This document shows, in pieces, positions 47,142 through 58,307 of a stretch of 64,000 nt of DNA (position 1 is the stretch's first letter; each line of letters starts with the position of its first letter). The translations under genes and the position numbers were made by a program. Location: the NCBI GenBank assembly GCA_947479995.1, contig CANKBT010000001.1:25313-89312 (forward strand). Reading direction: 5' to 3'. The notes below the pieces were generated by a model. The model made no database searches and was not told the origin of the DNA. It was given only the letters and a program-made list of their open reading frames with translations. Source of the stretch: Frankiaceae bacterium (GTDB taxonomy: Bacteria; Actinomycetota; Actinomycetes; Mycobacteriales; SCTD01).

Positions 47142-48738
47142 GGAACTGCACCCGGAGGTCGGCCTTCTGGATCTTGCCGGTGGCGGTCTTGGGCAGCGAC
47201 TGCACGACGTGCACCGACTTGGGGACCTGGAACCCGCCGAGGGTCGACCGGCAGTGCGCGACCAGCCGCTCGGCCAGCGCCGCGGCGTCGGCCTGCGGGT
47301 CGGCCGCGACGACGACGGCGGTGACCGCCTCGCCCCAGCGGTCGTCGGGCACGCCGATGACGGCGGCCTCGGTGATCTCCGACGAGCTGAGCAGTGCTCG
47401 CTCGACCTCGACGGAGGAGACGTTCTCGCCGCCGGTCTTGACCATGTCCTTGACGCGGTCGGTGAACCAGACGACGCCCTCGTCGTCGAGGTGCCCCACG
47501 TCGCCGCTGTGCAGCCAGCCGTGCGCGAACGCGGCGGTGTTGGCGGCCGGATTGTTCCAGTAGCCGCTCATGACGTGCGGTCCGCGGTAGACGATCTCGC
47601 CGGTCTCCCCGGCCGGCAGGAGGTGCCCGGCCGGGTCCATGATCCGGGTGTCGACGGTGACGACCGACGGCCCCCAGGAGGCGGCCTTGGTCTCCTGGTG
47701 CGACGGCCACTGGAACACGGTGGCGGGCACGCACTCGGTCTGGCCGGAGCCGAGCAGCACCTTGGCGCTCGGGAAGGCCTGCGCGATGGCCGAGATCCGC
47801 TCGGGCGGCATCGGGGCCATCGCGTAGATGCACAGGCGGACCGACGACAGGTTGCGCTGTGGCAGCGACGGCGCCGCGAGCACGGCGGCGTACATCATCG
47901 GCAGCAGCATGATGTGCGTCGCCCGGCGCTGCTCGACGACATCGAGGAACGCCTCGGGCTCGAAGCCGGCGGGCAGGACCGCCGTCCCACCGGTCATCAG
48001 CAGCGGCAGCAGCAGCGTGTCGAGGGCGGTGGTGTGGAAGAGCGGCAGGACGATCGGGCTGATCGAGAACTCCTCGCCCCGGGAGTGGCCTACCTGCAGT
48101 GAGCTGCTTAGCGCGCCGACGTGCACCGACAGGTGGCTGGTCAGCACGCCCTTCGGGCGGGCGGTGGTGCCGGAGGTGTACAGGCAGTGCAGCGTGTCGC
48201 GGTCCTCGACGAGCACCCGCAACGGCGTGGAGTCGGCAGCGAGCTCGTCCCAGGCGGTCACTGGCCGGCCGGCGACCTCGGCGGGCGCGCCGTCGCCGGT
48301 CACGACGACCCTCTCCACGGCCGGGACCTCGGGAAGCACCTGCTCCAGGAGCGGCAGGAACGCCTGGTCCGCCACGACCGTCCGGGTGCCGGAGTCGGTG
48401 AGGATCCAGGCGATGTCGTCCGGCGCCAGCATGAGGTTGACCGGCAGCGCGACGATGCCCGCCTTGGCGCAGCCGAAGAACGTGGCGGCGAAGCGCCAGG
48501 TGTTGCCCAGCAGGAACGCCACCGGCTCCTGGCGCTCCACGCCGGCGCCCAGCAGCCCTCGGCCGCAGGCCTCCGCGGCGGCGTCGAGGTCGGCGTAGGT
48601 GACCTCGCGGCCCGACGGGTCGACGATGGCGGTGCGGGCGCCGAACAGTTGCGCCGAGCGCGTGAGCATGTCGCCGACGCTGAACCGGGTGGCGAGGTTG
48701 AGCTCCAGCGGGTCGACGCCGGACAGGTCAGGACGCAT
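47134..48738 (-). CDS. Acyl-CoA synthetase (AMP-forming)
   Basis: LYTSGTTARPKGVLTSH, GQTECVP and HSGDVGHLDDEGVVWFTDRVKDMVKTGGENVSS. Confidence 0.85.
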   Translation of the reverse strand: MRPDLSGVDPLELNLATRFSVGDMLTRSAQLFGARTAIVDPSGREVTYADLDAAAEACGRGLLGAGVERQEPVAFLLGNTWRFAATFFGCAKAGIVALPVNLMLAPDDIAWILTDSGTRTVVADQAFLPLLEQVLPEVPAVERVVVTGDGAPAEVAGRPVTAWDELAADSTPLRVLVEDRDTLHCLYTSGTTARPKGVLTSHLSVHVGALSSSLQVGHSRGEEFSISPIVLPLFHTTALDTLLLPLLMTGGTAVLPAGFEPEAFLDVVEQRRATHIMLLPMMYAAVLAAPSLPQRNLSSVRLCIYAMAPMPPERISAIAQAFPSAKVLLGSGQTECVPATVFQWPSHQETKAASWGPSVVTVDTRIMDPAGHLLPAGETGEIVYRGPHVMSGYWNNPAANTAAFAHGWLHSGDVGHLDDEGVVWFTDRVKDMVKTGGENVSSVEVERALLSSSEITEAAVIGVPDDRWGEAVTAVVVAADPQADAAALAERLVAHCRSTLGGFQVPKSVHVVQSLPKTATGKIQKADLRVQFRG

Positions 48739-50769
48739 CGGGGGCTCCTTCGGGTGCTGCTTCGACGACGGCGAGTGCCGTGCCGGTCTCCACCTGCTGG
48801 CCGACCTCGACGTGCAGCGCCGTGACGACGCCTTCCGTCGGGGCCGTCAGCGGGTGCTCCATCTTCATCGCCTCGAGGACGACGACGAGCTGGCCCGCGG
48901 TGACCTCGTCGCCTTCGGCGACGGCGACGCGGGTGACCGTCCCCGGCATGCTGGCCGTGAGCGATCCGGGCGCCAGCGCGCTGCCCGGCGTCGGGAAGCG
49001 CGGTTGCTCAACGAACGTGCTCGAGCCGAAGGCGCTGTCGCTGAAGCTGCGGTCACCGACGACGCGGACGTCGACCGGCACGGCGACGCCGGCGGAGCGC
49101 AGGACGACCCGCACCCGGTCGGGCGCCAGCACCTCGGTCGACACCAGCTCGGCGTCGACCGCCTCGTCGTCGATCGAGCCGACCAGGCCGTCGGGTCCCA
49201 CGGCGTACGACACCGTGGCGGTGTCGAAGACGGTGCGCTGCGGCTGCGTCGGGTTGTTCCGCCAGCCGCTCGGCAGGTCGCCGAGGACCTGTGCGCCCTG
49301 CCGGCGCAGCGCCGCACCGGCCAGCGCCGAGGCGAGCGCGTGCAGCCTGCTGTGCTCCGGACCGGCCAGCGGCGCGGCGAGGCGGTCCAGCCCGTGCCGG
49401 TCCAGGAACGCGGTGTCGGTCTCGCCGGCGAGGAACTCGGGGGAGCGCAGCACCCGGACCAGCAGGTCGCGGTTGGTGGTCAGGCCGTGCACCCGGGCGC
49501 CGGCGAGCGCGCCGGCCAGCGCCTGCGCGGCGGCGGTGCGGGTGGGTGCCCAGGCGATGACCTTGGCCAGCATCGGGTCGTAGTGGACACCGATCTCGTC
49601 GCCGCTGCGCACTCCGCTGTCCAGCCGCACACCGGGGCCGGTCAGCGCTCCGAATGCCGTGTCAGCGGCCAGCTCGAAGGTCTCGAGGCGACCGGACTGC
49701 GGCAGCCAGCCGCGCGCCGGGTCCTCGGCGTAGAGGCGGACCTCGATCGCTCCGCCGTGCAGCCGCGGCTGCAGCGCCTCGGCGGGCAGCGGGAGCCCGG
49801 CCGCGACGACGAGCTGCAGGCGCACCAGGTCCAGTCCGCTGACGGCCTCGGTGACGGGGTGCTCGACCTGCAGGCGGGTGTTGACCTCCAGGAAGTAGAA
49901 CTCGCCGCTGTCGTCGAGCAGGAACTCGACCGTGCCCGCGCCGACGTAGTCCAGCGCCCGGGCGGCGGCGACGGCCGCGTCCTGCAGGCGGGTGCGCAGC
50001 GCCTCGTCGACGGCCGGGGAGGGGGCCTCCTCGACGACCTTCTGGTGGCGGCGCTGGATCGAGCACTCGCGCTCGAACAGCGCCACGACGTTGCCGTGCG
50101 TGTCGCCGAAGACCTGCACCTCGACGTGCCGCGGCCGCTCGACGAGCCGCTCCAGGAAGACGGTGCCGTTGCCGAACGCCGACGCCGCCTCGCGCTCGGC
50201 GCTCTGCACGGCCTGGTCGAGATCTGCCGGGGCGAAGACCTCGCGCATGCCGCGGCCGCCGCCGCCGAAGGAGGCCTTGACGAGCAGCGGGTAGCCCACC
50301 TGCCGCTCCGCCGCGTCCTGCAGCGCGGCACCGGACAGGCCGGTCGCGTCGATGCTCGGCAGGACCGGGACCCCAGCCTTCGCCATCAGCTCCTTGGCGG
50401 CCAGCTTGCTGCCCATGGCGTCGATCGCCTCGGGACTCGGGCCGACGAAGACCAGACCCGCCTCCTGGACGGCGCGCGCGAAGTCGGCGTTCTCCGACAG
50501 GAAGCCGTAGCCGGGGTGCACGCAGTCGGCCCCGGTCGCCAGCGCGGCCTGCACGACGAGGTCGCCGCGCAGGTACGTCTCGGCCGGGGTGCTGCCGGGC
50601 AGGCGCACCGCCAGGTCGGCCTCGGCCACGAACGGCGCACCGGCGTCGGCGTCGGAGTGGACGGCGACGGTGCGGAGCCCCATGGCTCGGGCGGTCGCGA
50701 ACACCCGCCGGGCGATCTCGCCGCGGTTGGCCACGAGCACGCAGCTCAGCGGTCCCTGCTTCGCGGCCG

Positions 50770-50773
<4 letters not shown>
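48728..50773 (-). CDS. Acyl-CoA carboxylase alpha subunit (biotin carboxylase + BCCP)
   Basis: The GTG at 50773 overlaps the carboxyltransferase stop. It has VLVANRGEIARRV and an ATP-grasp core. The C-terminal biotinyl motif is LEAMKMEH. Confidence 0.9.
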
Positions 50774-52349
<1,576 letters not shown>

Positions 52350-52353
<4 letters not shown>

Positions 52354-54116
52354 CGGTCCCCTTCCGGGATCAGGGCGGCGGGGACGTCGACGACGCGGGC
52401 CCGCAGCCACTCGCCGAGCGCCTTGGCCTGCGGGTCGAAGCGGGTGGCCGCGGCGACGCCGTCGCCGAGCAGGCCGCGGACCTGGAACAGCACGGCCCGC
52501 AGCCCCGGCAGGACCTCCCGGTCGAGCGCGAGGTCGGCGGTCTCGGGCAGCAGCTCGCGCAGCCGGTCGGCGGTGAGGAACGCCGCCAGCCAGCGGTAGC
52601 CGTCGTCGCTGCGGGCGTAGACGCCGAGGGTGGCGTCGCCGCCCTTGTCGCCGCTGCGCGTGCCCGCGACGCGGCCGAGCGGGACGCGGACGGTGGGCCC
52701 GTCCGGGAGCGCGCTCGCGTCCAGCTCGGGGGCGGTGCGGCGATCGTGACCGCCTCCGGGGGCTGCGGTCGCGGAGGCGACCTGCTCGACGTTGCCGTCC
52801 GGCAGCGTGACGACCTGCGGGACCAGGTCGCCGCGCACCCAGGCCGGGGCGTACACGCCGTACGGCGACGGCGTCGGTGGGGCGGCAGTGGTGTGGAAGC
52901 CCGGCACGCTGGCCAGCGCGAGCTCGATGAGCGCAGCCGTGAAGGCCTTGCCGACCCTCTCGCGGTCGGCGTCCTTGACCGTGACGTGCAGCAGCGCCGC
53001 CGCCTCCTCCTGCGTCTCGGGGTCCGGACGGTCGGTGCGGGCCAGCGTGACGCGGACCTCCTCGACGCCGGCGAGCACGGGGGCGAGCTGCCGCTCGAGC
53101 AGGGCGGCCTTGCGTTCGACGTCCGGACCCGTCAGCGGGATCGTCACCGCGTTGCGGAAGCCGCCGAGGCGGTTCGTCGCCACCTTGAGCCAGCCCGACG
53201 GCGGCTCGCCGGTCGCGCCGGTGACCGCCACCCGGTCCGGGGCCTGCTGGGTCAGCCGGAGCGTGTCGAAGCGGGTGACGACGTCGGGCCCGCCGTACGA
53301 GGCGCCGGTGCACTCGTAGAGCAGCTGCTCGGTGACCGTCTCGACGGTCACCGCGCCGCCGGTGCCGGGGTGTTTGGTGACGACGGTGCTGCCGTCGGCG
53401 GCGATCTCGGCCAGCGGGAAGCCAGGGCGGTCCAGCGCTGCGGGGTCGCGCTCCAGCAGCTCGGCGAAGAAGCTGAAGTTGCCGCCGGTGGCCTGCGTGC
53501 CGCACTCCAGCACGTGCCCGGCGACGGTGGCGCCGGCCAGCGCGTCGAGGTCTGCCGGCGACCAGCCGTGGTGCCAGGCCGCGGCACCGACGACCAGGCT
53601 GGCGTCGGTGACCCGGCCGGTGACGACGACGTCGGCGCTGGCCTGCAGCGCGCGGACGATGCCGAAGCAGCCGAGGTAGGCGTTCGCCGTGAGCGCCCCC
53701 TCGACCGGGACGTCGCCGGGCGGACGCAGTCCGCTGCGGACGTCCAGCTCGCCCAGGCGGGGCAGCAGGTCGTCGCCGGCGACGGTCGCGACCCGCACCG
53801 GCACGCCGAGCCGCTGCCCGAGGTCTCTCACGGCAGCGGCGAGCCCGCCGGGGTTGAGCCCGCCGGCATTCGCGACGATCCGCACCCCGCCCTCGAGCGC
53901 CCGGCCCAGGCACTCCTCGACCTGGGTCAGGAAGGTGCGGGCCCAGCCGGCGTCGGCGTCCTTCATCCGCTGCCGACCCAGGATGAGCATGGTGAGCTCG
54001 GCCAGGTAGTCGCCGGTGATGACGTCGACGGGACCGCCGTCCAGCACCTCGCGCATCGCCGACAGGCGGTCGCCGTAGAACCCCGAGCAGTTGGCGACGA
54101 TCAGCGGGTCGGTCAC
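52350..54116 (-). CDS. AtuA-family (acyclic terpene utilisation, DUF1446) protein
   Basis: The GTG at 54116 overlaps the upstream stop. It has VANCSGFYGDRLSAMREVLDGGPVDVITGDYLAELTM. 588 aa. Confidence 0.8.
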
Positions 54117-54921
54117 CGCTGCGACTCCCGTCCGCTCCCGGGTGGGCCGGCGAACCCCTGCGCGATGCCCATCCACTCGTCGGCGAGCGGCCCGCGCGCC
54201 TCCAGCGCGAGGTCGTCGCGGTGCCGCCGCTGCGTGACCAGCAGGCAGAAGTCCAGTGCGGGTCCCCGCACGACGTCGGCGGCGTCCGGTGGTCCCCAGG
54301 ACCAGGCCTCGCCGTTCGGGCCGGTCAGCTCCACGCGCACCGGCGCGACCGGCGTCGGGCGGGCGTGGGCGGCGTAGGAGTACGGACGGGCGCGTACGCC
54401 GATCTCCGCGACCGAGCGCAGGCGGGCCGTCGCGGGCCGCGACTGGCCGAGCGCGGCGGCGACGTCCTGTCCGTGCGCCCAGGTCTCCATCAGCCGGGCG
54501 GTGACGAAGGAGGCCGGGCTCATGGGCGGTCCGAACCAGGGGACGCGGACCGCTGGGTCAGCAGCCCACAGCGCCTCCTGCAGCGCGTCGCGGCCGGCGC
54601 GCCATCCCGCCAGCACCTGCGCGGGAGACAGGGCCCTGCGCTGCGCGACCAGCCCCTCGACGTGCTCCTCCGCCCCGCCAGCAGCCGCCCGAGCAGGGCG
54701 TCGAAGCCCGCCCGGTCGGTGAGGGCGAGCAGCGCGTCCGCGTCCGTCGCAGCGAGGTGGTTGATCGTGTCGCGCACGTCCCAGCCGGCGGCCGGCGTCG
54801 GCGTCGACCAGCCCGCTTCGTCCAGTACGGCGACCCTCGTGTCGAGGTCCGCAGACTCAGCCGCCAGGTCGACCAGCAGCGCGTGCAGCAGCGCCCGCTT
54901 GTCGGTCGTCGGCGTCGTCAC
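54113..54921 (-). pseudogene. TIGR03084 / mycothiol-dependent DinB-fold protein, split by a single-base frameshift
   Basis: The N-terminal part is in ORF 54520..54921 (WDVRDTINHLAATDADALLALTDRAGFDALLG). The C-terminal part is in ORF 54113..54616, whose frame already reads AEEHVEGLVAQRRALSPAQVLAGW upstream of the listed start (LMETWAHGQDVA). The length is 3n-1. The junction is at about 54670-54700, most simply the CCCC run at 54673-54676. Confidence 0.7.
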
Positions 54922-56066
54922 GCGTCGAAGCCGTCGAGCTTGGCCAGCACCTGCAGCATCACCTCGTCGGCGCCGCCGCCGATGGACAGCAGCCGGCTGT
55001 CCCGGAAGAAGCGCGAGGTCCAGGTCTCCTCCATGTAGCCCACGCCACCGTGGAACTGCAGGCAGGTGTCAGCCACCTCGCGGACGAGCCGGCCGGACAC
55101 CAGCTTGGCGACCGTCGCCAGGCGGGTGGTGTCCTCACCGGCCATGTACGCCTCGGCGCACCGGTAGTTCTGCGCCTCCAGCAGGTCGGCCTGGGCGGAC
55201 AGCTCGGCCAGGCGGAAGGCGATGTACTGACTGGTCATCAGCGACTTGCCGAAGACCTCCCGCTGCTTGAGATAGTCGCTGGTGCGCCGCAGGGCCCTGC
55301 GCACGGAGGCGGGCACACCGTAGGCGGCGAACATGCGCTCCACGACGAACTGCGCCATCTGCTGCTGGAAGCCCCTGCCCTCGGTGCCGATCGTGTTCGC
55401 GACCGGGACCCGGACGTCCACGAACGACAGCTCCGCGGTGTCGGAGGAGCGGTTGCCCAGCTTGTCCAGCTTGCGAGACACCGTGAGGCCGGGGGAGGAG
55501 GTCTCCACCACGATCTGCGACATCCCGCGGTAGCCGCCGTCGTCGGAGGTGCGCGCCAGCAGGCACAGCCAATCGGCCTGGGTGCCGTTGGTGATGTAGA
55601 GCTTGCTGCCGTTGATGACCCACTCGTCGCCGTCGCGGACGGCCCGCGTGCGAATCGAGGCGACGTCGGAGCCCGCGCCGGCCTCTGTCACCGCGATGGA
55701 GCAGACCTGCGTACCGGCGATGGCGGGGGCCAGGTACCGCCGCTTGAGGTCGTCGCTGCCGAACTCGTGCAAAGACGGGGTCGCCATGCAGGTCTGCACG
55801 CCGATCGCCATCGGGATGCCGGCGGCTCCGGCGCGGGTGAGCTCCTCGCACAGGATCACCATGTACAGGTGGTCGGCGCCCTGGCCGCCGTATTCCGGGT
55901 CGTACTCGAGCCCCAACAACCCCAGCTCGCCGAGCTTGGGGAACAGCTCGTGGGCCGGGAACGTGCCCGCACGCTCCCAGTCGTCGACGTGCGGGGCGAT
56001 CTCCTGCTCCACGACATCGCGCACGACCTTGCGAAAGGCGCTGTGGTCGTCGGAGAAGCGCACCAC
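54918..56066 (-). CDS. Acyl-CoA dehydrogenase (first gene of the Atu/Liu-like operon)
   Basis: GTG 56066 behind ACAGGAG. It has VTEAGAGSDVASIRTRAVRDGDEWVINGSKLYITNG and FHGGVGYMEETWTSRFFRDSRLLSIGGGADEVM. Confidence 0.85.
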   Translation of the reverse strand: MVRFSDDHSAFRKVVRDVVEQEIAPHVDDWERAGTFPAHELFPKLGELGLLGLEYDPEYGGQGADHLYMVILCEELTRAGAAGIPMAIGVQTCMATPSLHEFGSDDLKRRYLAPAIAGTQVCSIAVTEAGAGSDVASIRTRAVRDGDEWVINGSKLYITNGTQADWLCLLARTSDDGGYRGMSQIVVETSSPGLTVSRKLDKLGNRSSDTAELSFVDVRVPVANTIGTEGRGFQQQMAQFVVERMFAAYGVPASVRRALRRTSDYLKQREVFGKSLMTSQYIAFRLAELSAQADLLEAQNYRCAEAYMAGEDTTRLATVAKLVSGRLVREVADTCLQFHGGVGYMEETWTSRFFRDSRLLSIGGGADEVMLQVLAKLDGFDA

Positions 56067-56155
56067 GAGGGGCTCCTGTCGTCGCGGCCATCGGTGTGAC
56101 GCCGCAACATAGCGCGAAGCGAGCCGGATGCATGCGGTCGTGACTGTATGTTCAA

Positions 56156-56749
56156 GTGGTGACCCTGAAGACGGCGAGGCGCACGCAGGCGGAGCGCTCG
56201 GCGACGACGCAGCGCCTGCTGCTCGACGCGACCGTGGCCTGCCTGGTGGAGCTCGGCTACGGCGGCACGACCACCTCCGCGGTCGCGGAGCGTGCCGGGG
56301 TCTCCCGCGGTGCCCAGCTGCACCACTACGGCACCCGGCAGCGGCTCATGGGCGCGGCGGTCGAGCACCTGGCGGCGCGCCGCCTGGAGTGGGTGCGCGA
56401 GAAGGCATCCCGGCTCCCGGACGACGACAGCCGCCCCCGCCGCGCGCTGGACCTGCTGGCCGAGGCGCTGTCGGGGCCGCTGTACGCTGCGACGCTGGAG
56501 CTGTACGTGGCGGCACGCGTGGACCGCCAGCTGCACGAGGCGCTCGTGCCGGTCGAGCAGCAGCTGACGCGGGAGCTGCGGCGGCTGTGCCGGGAGTACG
56601 TCACCGCCGACGCGGTGCTGGTGCAGCTGACGCTGGACCTGCTGCTCGGTAGAGGCGTCGGCTCGCTGCTCAGCCCGGTCCGACCCGGGCGGCAGCGACA
56701 GCTGCTCGATGCGTGGGCCGAGATCGTCGCGGCCGGTGCCGACCGATGA
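56156..56749 (+). CDS. TetR-family regulator, divergent from the Atu/Liu-like operon
   Basis: HTH motif TTSAVAERAGVSRGAQLHHYGTRQRL. GTG start. Confidence 0.85.
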   Translation: MVTLKTARRTQAERSATTQRLLLDATVACLVELGYGGTTTSAVAERAGVSRGAQLHHYGTRQRLMGAAVEHLAARRLEWVREKASRLPDDDSRPRRALDLLAEALSGPLYAATLELYVAARVDRQLHEALVPVEQQLTRELRRLCREYVTADAVLVQLTLDLLLGRGVGSLLSPVRPGRQRQLLDAWAEIVAAGADR

Positions 56750-57246
56750 GCATGTCGGACCCGGTCATCACCCGCTGGGCACAGGGGTTCTCGACCTCCG
56801 CTGGCCTGCCGTCGCACGAGGACGGGCTGCCGGCGCACCACCCGCAGTGCCTCGGCTGCGGCCCGGACAACCCGCACGGCCACCACCTGCAGGTGTGGCG
56901 GGATGGGGACCGGGTCAGGACGCGACACGTCTTCGACGCCCGGCACGTCGGCGCTCCCGGCATCGCCCACGGCGGCGCCGTGGCGACCGTGCTAGACGAC
57001 CTGTTCGGCTTCGTGCTCTACGTCGTCGGCGACCTCGCCGTCACCCGGCACCTGGAGGTGGGCTACCGGGCGCCGGTGCTGCTCGGAGTGCCGTACCTGC
57101 TCGAGGCCGGGCTGGACCGCCGCGAGGGCCGGAAGCTGTTCGTCTCCGCGCGCGGCGTCGACGAGGACGGCGCGCTGGTGGTCGAGGCGCAGGCGGTCTT
57201 CATCGTGGTGGAGCTGCAGCACTTCTCGAGAGGAAGCCGAAGATGA
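56746..57246 (+). CDS. PaaI/hotdog-fold thioesterase
   Basis: The ATG at 56746 overlaps the TetR stop (ATGA). It has HHPQCLGCGPDNPHG and the hotdog core GIAHGGAVATVLDDLFG. Confidence 0.75.
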   Translation: MSMSDPVITRWAQGFSTSAGLPSHEDGLPAHHPQCLGCGPDNPHGHHLQVWRDGDRVRTRHVFDARHVGAPGIAHGGAVATVLDDLFGFVLYVVGDLAVTRHLEVGYRAPVLLGVPYLLEAGLDRREGRKLFVSARGVDEDGALVVEAQAVFIVVELQHFSRGSRR

Positions 57247-58307
57247 GCCGGGTGCTGCTGGACTACCCGCACCGGGGCGCCGGCCACTGTGGATCCGGTG
57301 CGCTGCGCGACCTGCTGGACTGGGCTGGCCTGGGCTGGGACGGCCCGCCGGACGAGGGCCTGGTGTTCGGCCTGGGCGGCGGGCTCGGCTTCGCCTACCT
57401 GCGGGTGCCCGGGCTCGTGCCGCCGGTCTACCTGGTCGGCCGCGGAGGGGACCTGGAGGTCGACCTGCTCGCCCGCCTGGGCGCGACGGTCGACCTGCGC
57501 CGCACCGACGACCCGGTGCTCGGATGGCAGTGGGTCCGGGACGAGCTCGACGCCGGCCGGCCGGTGATGGTCTGGGCCGACATCGCCGAGCTGCCCTACC
57601 TGCGGGTGCGCCTGCAGATGAGTCGGCACGACATCGTGGTGATCGGCTACGACGACGACGAGCAGGTCGCCTACGTCGTCGACAACGACCGTGAGGACGT
57701 GCAGCGGGTGCCGTACGACGCGCTCGCCCGGGCACGCAGCTCGCGATCCTTTCCGGAGCCGACCCGGCACGCCACGTTCGCCACGGCCTGGCCCCCGCAA
57801 CTGCCGGACCTCGCTGCCGTGGCCGCCGACGCCTTCGCCGCCTCGGCAGCGAGCATGCGGACGGGTGGCGCGGACCTGGTCGACCGGTCGCTGCTGCCGG
57901 CGGGCTCGATCAGCGGCACCGGGCTGGCCGGCGTGCAGGCGCTGGCCGACGACGTCGCGACGTGGGCGGACGTGCTGGACGAGGCGCCCCTGGAGTCGGC
58001 GCTGCGCGCGCTGCCGGTGTTCGTCGAGAAGGCCGGCACCGGCGGGGGGCTGTTCCGACGGCTGCAGGTTGCCTGCTGCCGCGACGTCGCCAGTCGCACC
58101 GGCAGTGCGGCCAGCCGGGCCGCAGGGGAGGCGTACGACCTGTGCGCGCAGGCGTGGAGCGCGCTCGGCGCAGCCGCGGTGTCGGACCGGCCGCTGGCCG
58201 ACCGTGCACGGAACTCCGCGGCCGCGGCGCGGTCGCTGCCGACGCTCGAGCAGAACGCCGCCGAGGCCCTGCAGGCGGCGGCGGACGAGCTCCGACACCC
58301 TCGGTGA
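57243..58307 (+). CDS. BtrH N-terminal domain / DUF4872-like protein
   Basis: The ATG at 57243 overlaps the thioesterase stop (ATGA). It has HRGAGHCGSGALRDLLDW...GRPVMVWADIAELPYL...HDIVVIGYDD, a papain-like Cys/His layout as in BtrH_N. The family call is by eye. Confidence 0.55.
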   Translation: MSRVLLDYPHRGAGHCGSGALRDLLDWAGLGWDGPPDEGLVFGLGGGLGFAYLRVPGLVPPVYLVGRGGDLEVDLLARLGATVDLRRTDDPVLGWQWVRDELDAGRPVMVWADIAELPYLRVRLQMSRHDIVVIGYDDDEQVAYVVDNDREDVQRVPYDALARARSSRSFPEPTRHATFATAWPPQLPDLAAVAADAFAASAASMRTGGADLVDRSLLPAGSISGTGLAGVQALADDVATWADVLDEAPLESALRALPVFVEKAGTGGGLFRRLQVACCRDVASRTGSAASRAAGEAYDLCAQAWSALGAAAVSDRPLADRARNSAAAARSLPTLEQNAAEALQAAADELRHPR